Source: the human T2T-CHM13v2.0 reference genome, Homo sapiens. Taken from it: a stretch of 64,000 nt of DNA. A program made the position numbers and the translations under genes. The notes below the pieces were generated by a model that saw only the letters and a list, made by a program, of their open reading frames with translations, searched no databases and had not been told where the DNA came from. Below, in pieces: positions 56,565 through 64,000 of the stretch. Numbering within the stretch: position 1 is the first letter of the stretch; each line of letters starts with the position of its first letter. The DNA is taken from NCBI RefSeq assembly GCF_009914755.1, contig NC_060931.1. One strand, 5' to 3'.

Positions 56565-56830
56565 TTTTTTTATTGTACTTTAAGCTCTGGGATGCATGTG
56601 CAGAACGTGCAGGTTTGTTACATAGGTATACATGTACCATGATGGTTTGCTGCACCCATCAACCCATCATCTAGGTTTTAAGCCCCGCATGCATTAGGTA
56701 TTTGGCCTAATTCTCACTCTCCTTTCACCCTCAACCCCCTGACAGGTCCCACTGTGTGATGTTCCCCTCTCTGTGTCCATATGTTCTCATTGTTCAACTC
56801 CCACTTACGAGTTTAAAAAAAAAAAAAGAA
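56565..56830 (-). mobile_element. L1PA8-like 3' UTR fragment with poly-T on the left and poly-A on the right
   Basis: 'catctaggttttaagccccgcatgcattaggtattt' diagnostic. TSD AGAAAATATGA at 56554-56564 and 56831-56841. Confidence 0.9.
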
Positions 56831-56899
56831 AGAAAATATGAGTTTGGAGAAACTGGTTATTCTGAAAACAGCCTATTAAAAAGTTATGTGACTGGTTAA

Positions 56900-56901
<2 letters not shown>

Positions 56902-56945
<44 letters not shown>
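56902..56945. repeat. (GT)22 microsatellite
   Basis: Read directly. Confidence 0.97.
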
Positions 56946-56948
<3 letters not shown>

Positions 56949-57879
56949 AGTCCATCCATTTCATTAACTGGGGTATTTTCACTAATACAGTCTAAATAAC
57001 AGGAAATGAATTTAAAGAGAATCAAACAATAACATTCAGAACTCAAAGTTAAGCATAGTGTAAAATATATCTCAGTGGAAAGCATGTAAGTGCTTAACTT
57101 AACTCTCCTTCCAAACCCATCTATAAACTGCCACTTTGTATTTTCCATTCATGTATCCTCCTCTCCAAGAAGCTGGACCTTTTTACTGCTGTTCACGCAC
57201 CTACACGTCACACCCTACTCCATGCCTTTGTCCTGCTGACTCCCCATTTCTTCTCATCTTGGATGTCTTTCCCAAATCCTTGTCATCAAACACTCATCTC
57301 CTCCACAGAGCTTTGGATTTTACAATGTGAACTTACATACATTTTCTGAACTTCCCTAATTATCTATATCCAAATTTAGCATTTAATTATAGAACTTTCC
57401 TCTCTGATTACGTATATGTTTGTGTGTACCTTCTTTTCCCCCAACCAAATCACATGATTTAAAGGTAACATTGGTCTTTAATGCCTCTCCTTAAAGTTTC
57501 CATCAAGATCCTACTCTGCATTTATTCTCTTTCACTAGTTATCCCTTCTTTTTTTTTTTTCTGAAAACATGCTTAAATGTGCCCTATCCTAAAGAAATCT
57601 CCAATTCTTTCTCAAGCTCTCCCACCATACCTACTTTCTTTCTCTCAAAACTTCTTGAAACAGCATCCCTTCCTCCACTTCTATTCTGTTCTCTCTCAAC
57701 CCCTCTAATTTGGTTACCCAGGCACACCCTTATCTCTCAGCTGCAAGTCCCTGCAGCACTGAAACCTCACGCACCTGTCTTTCTCCTGGAGACTGAGACA
57801 ACCTTGACTCCCAGTTCATCTCCTTCCCCCAAGCCCAGCATTCTCAGTGTCCTTTCCTGGTTCCTGCCCTTGAATTCTC

Positions 57880-59330
<1,451 letters not shown>

Positions 59331-59529
59331 AATCAGATTCTTCCACAGTGTGGCACCCATTTCCACCTCCTTGTTCTGTCTCTGTTTATACGTCTGTGCT
59401 AGCTTTTAGTATATTACATCTTTTATTTGAACAGCTATTTCCAAAGAAAGTGAGGAGGAGGGAAAGGAGGACATATCAAAGTCTGGGGGTGGCAGGGTAG
59501 AAGAAGGAATGAATCATTTCTAAAACACA

Positions 59530-59830
59530 CATTCAAGTTGTGTAGTTTTCAGTGTAAAGGATTTGTGCATTTTTGTTAAAATTGACCCTTATATATGTTG
59601 TATGTTTTTGATCCTACTATAAGCAGTATTCTTTAAATTTCATTTTCTATGTGTTAGTTTCTAATACGTATATTAAAAATGAATGTTTATATTGACCTCA
59701 TATCTGTAACCTTGCTAAATTTACTGCTCAGTTCTAAGTAACTCTGTCTCAAAAAAAAAATTATGCGAGTTTTTTTTCTATGTGCACAATCATCTGAAAA
59801 TAAATATAGTTTTAATCATATATTCAAAAA
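59530..59830 (-). mobile_element. Old L1M ORF2 fragment
   Basis: 'ttatattgacctcatatctgtaaccttgctaaatttact..agttctaag..ttttctatgtgcacaatcatctgaaaataa'. Confidence 0.7.
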
Positions 59831-60355
59831 TGCATATTCAATATCATTATTATTTTTAAGCACAAGCTATGGAAAGTAAAGCATCTAAAAATCATACATG
59901 TTCCAGGATAGCTGCTATGCAGGATTTAAGAAAATAATAGTATTATAGAGGACAGCGATTAAAATAGTTGAAAAATACTGTCTTATAGCAACTTACCATG
60001 ATACATATTACATTTTGAACCCCTGGAGAGCAATACCATGTCTTATTTGTCTGTATTCCATCAAACCTAATAAAGTACATTTTCCAAAGTAGACAATAAA
60101 TGTTTCCCAGATACCCCAGTACTGTATGCATGGTATATGTTCAATAAAAACTTGCTGATCCATTGAAAGAACCAATAAACAAATTTAAGTTTGTTGAATG
60201 ATCAGGGTATGCTCAGCCCTGAGACACTATAACAAAAAGACACAAAAAATAGAAAATACATTCATCATTATCCATATAGAAAAACGTAATTTATCAAGTA
60301 ATGAAAACAAATGAAAATGAAATAAATGCACCACAGGAAACATTTGAGTGGTTAC

Positions 60356-60493
60356 CTGTGCATTTCTTTATATGACTGTTCCTTTTCCCATGTGATCCTA
60401 ACTTGCAGCCAAAATTCTCCTCCCAGAATTCTGCAAACCACACATTTCTTCGATTATTGGCAAGAGTTCGGCTTCTAAAGTATCGATCAAATC
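60356..60493 (-). CDS. GRM8: GRM8 internal coding exon, 138 bp (probably exon 6): (G)[45 protein letters not shown](G)
   Basis: Manual translation shows the [13 protein letters not shown] mGluR motif. Acceptor ttctcctttgaaatag|GA, donor CAG|gtaacc, phase 1 to 1. Confidence 0.97.
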
Positions 60494-61374
60494 CTATTTC
60501 AAAGGAGAAAGGTATGATTTTAATATTCTTTCAAAATTAAATATTGTCAGAACTTTCGAATGGACATTATATTCTGATCACTGCATGAAAAGAAAAAAAC
60601 AAAACACATAACAAATGAGAGAAAGCCAGTAGCCCATAAATAAGGCCTCTCTTATGGCAAAAGTCAAGGAGGATCAATGGACAATCCCCCCACACCACCA
60701 CCAGTACCCAAGCACCTGGCTCTATGAATAAGTACAACAGGAAAGCCTGGTGTCAGCGTCCTTCTTAAACCCTCTCCTACTCTACTACTCCCAGAGGCAG
60801 CAACCAGTGACTTCATGCTGAATCCTGAATACTTAGAACCCAACTTAAACTTGCCTCATTCTTTTCTCTTTCCTAGCATGGATCAATGTTCCAGACTTTC
60901 CTGTGTTTCCACATACTTCAAAATTTCTCCTTCCTATATGTTCTGTTTTCAGGTAATTCAATAAAGCAATCATGTTAATGTCATCTTATGGAGTCATGAA
61001 CTCAAGTGTCGGTTTGCTCAGGTAACTACTTTATTGAAGGGAGACCCCCTGGAAATAATGCCTTACTCCAGAGGATAATGTTAAGATGGGAATTTCAGTC
61101 ACTGTCAAACCGACTGGAAAAGATGTTTAGAAGATAGACTGCCTTTCAGGATGCTCCAAGTCTTTCCTGTTGCATTTATTTATCCATAGGATAAGCCCAG
61201 CATCATATATATTCATTTTCTATAAATCAAGCATTTCCCTCCAACAATGCTATAACCACCATAAATACCCATGGAAATACGCAAACTCAAACTCAAAGTG
61301 CAATTACTAACATAATGGAAATAACTGACTATGGTCTTTTTCTTAAAAAAATATAATGGGTCCTCTTTCCTAAA

Positions 61375-61375
61375 T

Positions 61376-61407
<32 letters not shown>

Positions 61408-61551
61408 TATATACATATATACATATATATATGTATATGTGTATATATATATGTATATGTGTATATATATATGTATATGTGTATATATATATGTATATGT
61501 GTATATATATATGTATATGTGTATATATATATGTATATGTGTATATATATA

Positions 61552-61592
<41 letters not shown>

Positions 61593-61604
61593 GCATATGC
61601 ATGC
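61375..61604. repeat. Compound CA/TA/TG microsatellite with a 20-bp higher-order unit
   Basis: (CA)n, then GTATATATATATGTATATGT five times exactly (61441-61540), then (TG)n(TA)n. Confidence 0.95.
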
Positions 61605-61761
61605 TGGTTTAAATACTGGTCTTGACAATTCTGCCACCAAAGCTAAAATTTGTATCAAGTCATCAGTAATGAGTGCATTTCCTCATATTATGATACTCCA
61701 GTTTTGCCTTTGAGTTCAGATCCAACTGGAATAAAACAAATTCTCTACGGTGCATTCTTAC

Positions 61762-61916
61762 CATCAATTGATGCTCGTTTGGGCAAAATTGTCACAGCCC
61801 CTTCTGCAATCTCCTCTTGCTGATAGACAGGTGCTATTTTGGATCCCCAACTATCTGAGCCAATCCAGAGAAAATGCCCACTTTGGTTTAGTTTTTTTGC
61901 TGCTTCCAATATCCTC
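61762..61916 (-). CDS. GRM8: GRM8 internal coding exon, 155 bp (probably exon 5): (R)[51 protein letters not shown](G)
   Basis: ORF 61745..61966 contains the mGluR hallmark [10 protein letters not shown]. Acceptor ttttattcctgtag|G, donor ATG|gtaaga, phase 2 to 1. Joins the previous exon in frame (AG+G = Arg). Confidence 0.97.
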
Positions 61917-62337
61917 CTACAGGAATAAAAATAAATAATGCATATCACATGTATTAAAAATACCACAATTATGAATATTACAAGACCAGATTTAGGAAGT
62001 TGTATACACTCAGTAGGTCACTGTTTAACAATTAAGACGATCATTCTAACTGCCCGAGTCTTATCATCTCCTAAAAACAATATAGCAGAGACTAACTCCA
62101 ACATATGTTAATTAGCCTTATCCTTAACCTCATTCACATCATTCTGTCTATCACCTTCGTTTGTCTTATCTCATTTGGTCCCCAAGTTTTACTCTGTAGG
62201 TATTTCAGATTTACAAACTAGAAGGCAGTCTGTTATTGGAAGGCAATTACAAGCTTTTATGTTGAACATGAAATATGTTAGAAAGAGGATATGGGACACA
62301 AATCTGACCCTACATACAGAAGAAAAGTAATCAGCAC

Positions 62338-62473
62338 CTGATGTCATCCTCATTGGCAAACATAATCACTGCTCGAGCATTAGGTGTTTCTAGCAGGCGT
62401 TTGATAATTTTTTCAAATTCTCCAGGTCTTGGTTCACGTGGGATTTTCTGTGACTGAGCAATGCAAACACCAC
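62338..62473 (-). CDS. GRM8: GRM8 internal coding exon, 136 bp (probably exon 4): (G)[44 protein letters not shown](R)
   Basis: Manual minus-strand translation matches the group III mGluR ligand-binding domain as I remember mGlu8. Acceptor tttttaaatag|GT, donor CAG|gtgctg, phase 1 to 2. Not present in the ORF track. Confidence 0.96.
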
Positions 62474-63439
62474 CTATTTAAAAAAGAAGGGAGGTGGTGA
62501 TTCAGAAAGAGCATTTATTTAATTAGCAAACCCAATTACCTACTTTATAAAAGCACATACTTCTGTATGAATATTATTTCTCAAAATATGTGTCACTCTC
62601 ACCTATTAAGAGCAATTGTTTGTTTGCATTATAATATATTCACCAAATAAATGACAACAATTATTAATCAGACATGGGTTTCTTTCCCAATATTTAAACA
62701 TTATTTTTGTGGATATAGCTAAGAAAACCAAGGTGTATAAGATGTGTGATGAGAGTCAAAAGATGGAAAGAAGAAGGGATCTTTTGATTTATGCAACATA
62801 AGCCAAAGGACAAGTGACAGAATTAATAAAAGTATGAATATGTCTTATAGTTGAGACCCTTATTAAGTAGCAAAGTCCTTTTGTTACTTTTATTTACTGG
62901 TAGACTTCTTTTAAAGTTAATTTCATTGTATAGCTAATAGAACTGCAGCAAGATCCTCATGCATCAGCATAGCAATGTCTTATGAGACAAGTGGTCTTCA
63001 AGGCTATGTAAGACACAGGCAAACCCCAAAGATGCCAACTTTGGATTGACATACATCGCCACTATGAAAATCGAAATGGCAGAAATACCATCTCATTTTC
63101 ACTGCAAATAAAAAGACAGAACCCTTCTTTTGGCCTCTCCTTCTTAGGCAATGAAGGACAAAAGAGAAAAGTATAGAAAAGATCTCTGCCTCTGGGCTGG
63201 GGTAGGAGGAGAAGAAAGAGGTTCCCCCAGTTGCAGTGAAACAGAGATAACATTCTGAAACTAGATGAGAAAGCAATATTAGTAATAGGTTTCAACTGCA
63301 TTATGGTATAAACAGTATTTTTTTTTAGTCAGCTAAGAATTAAATCACCATTTATAGCATTGCTTCAGTAGGCAAAGGCATTTTTACTTCCAAACAATTG
63401 CCAATGCACTCAGTCATCCAACTGTTATTGGATGCCATT

Positions 63440-63798
63440 ATATTCTACGCACTGGGCTCAACATTGGAAATGCACAGTCTAATCCAGGAGTTACCACCTA
63501 GTCTGGGAAATAGGCATTTGAATAAGTTACCATGGAATAGATAATAAAGTATATAATTAATAGGATACCCAATACAATCAGAACACAGAAGAAGGAGTAA
63601 CTAAAGTGCTTGAGAGAACTGAATTTTAAAGAGCAAATATATATCCACATGGGGACAAAAGTGGAACATGTCTGGTGGAGGCCAAAGTATGTAAAAACCT
63701 AGCATGATCATGGCCTATGGTAGAGACTGGCTGGGTTTGAAGTTGGAAACAATGACCAGGTCCAACTTGAGAACGGCTTTGTTAGACATGCCAAATTC
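63440..63798 (-). mobile_element. L2 fragment
   Basis: 'aggagttaccacctagtctggg', 'ggctttgttagacatgccaa'. Confidence 0.45.
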
Positions 63799-64000
63799 TG
63801 TAGGCTGAGTGTTCATATGTTAAAACTTAATCCCCAGTGTGAAAGTATTAGGAGATGGGACTGTTGGGAGGTGATTAGGTCATGAGAGTGGAGTCCTTAT
63901 GAATGGGATTAGTGCCCTTATAAAAAAGACTCCACAGAGATTTCTTGCACCATCTGCCATGTGAGGACACAGCAAAAAGACACTGAACCAGGAAGAGGGC
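63799..64000 (+). mobile_element. MLT1A0-like LTR, cut by the window end
   Basis: 'ttcatatgttaaaacttaatccccagtgtg..gggaggtgattaggtcatgag..atgaatgggattagtgcccttataaaa'. Confidence 0.85.

Noticed and set aside
61213-61713. Five overlapping Y/I/H/T/C/V-rich ORFs
   Set aside because: Translations of the microsatellite.
61917-61966. N-terminal part of ORF 61745..61966 ([16 protein letters not shown]) and its C-terminal KNAP
   Set aside because: Intronic read-through beyond the AG acceptor and GT donor; only 61762-61916 is exon.

Overview
AT-rich primate genomic DNA, most likely human (AluJ/AluS, L1PA, THE1B and Tigger1 are present; human cannot be told from great ape here). The only protein-coding sequence is three clustered minus-strand exons of the metabotropic glutamate receptor 8 gene GRM8 (62473-62338, 61916-61762, 60493-60356). 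They splice in frame with GT-AG ends and encode part of the extracellular Venus-flytrap domain. Positions 1-60355 are part of one very long downstream intron, filled with MIR, L2, L1, MaLR/ERV LTRs, hAT MERs, Alus and a near-full-length Tigger1. No bacterial-type system, CRISPR array or RNA gene was seen, and I found no clearly new biological system. The best observations are mechanistic fossils and splicing hypotheses: a four-level TE nest with three TSDs intact, three twin-primed or inverted L1 insertions, a hairpin coupled to a 44-bp duplication, a close inverted Alu pair, a frame-closed 429-nt exon block (circRNA candidate) and candidate recursive splice sites. Repeat subfamily names come from remembered consensus sequences, and old-repeat boundaries are approximate.
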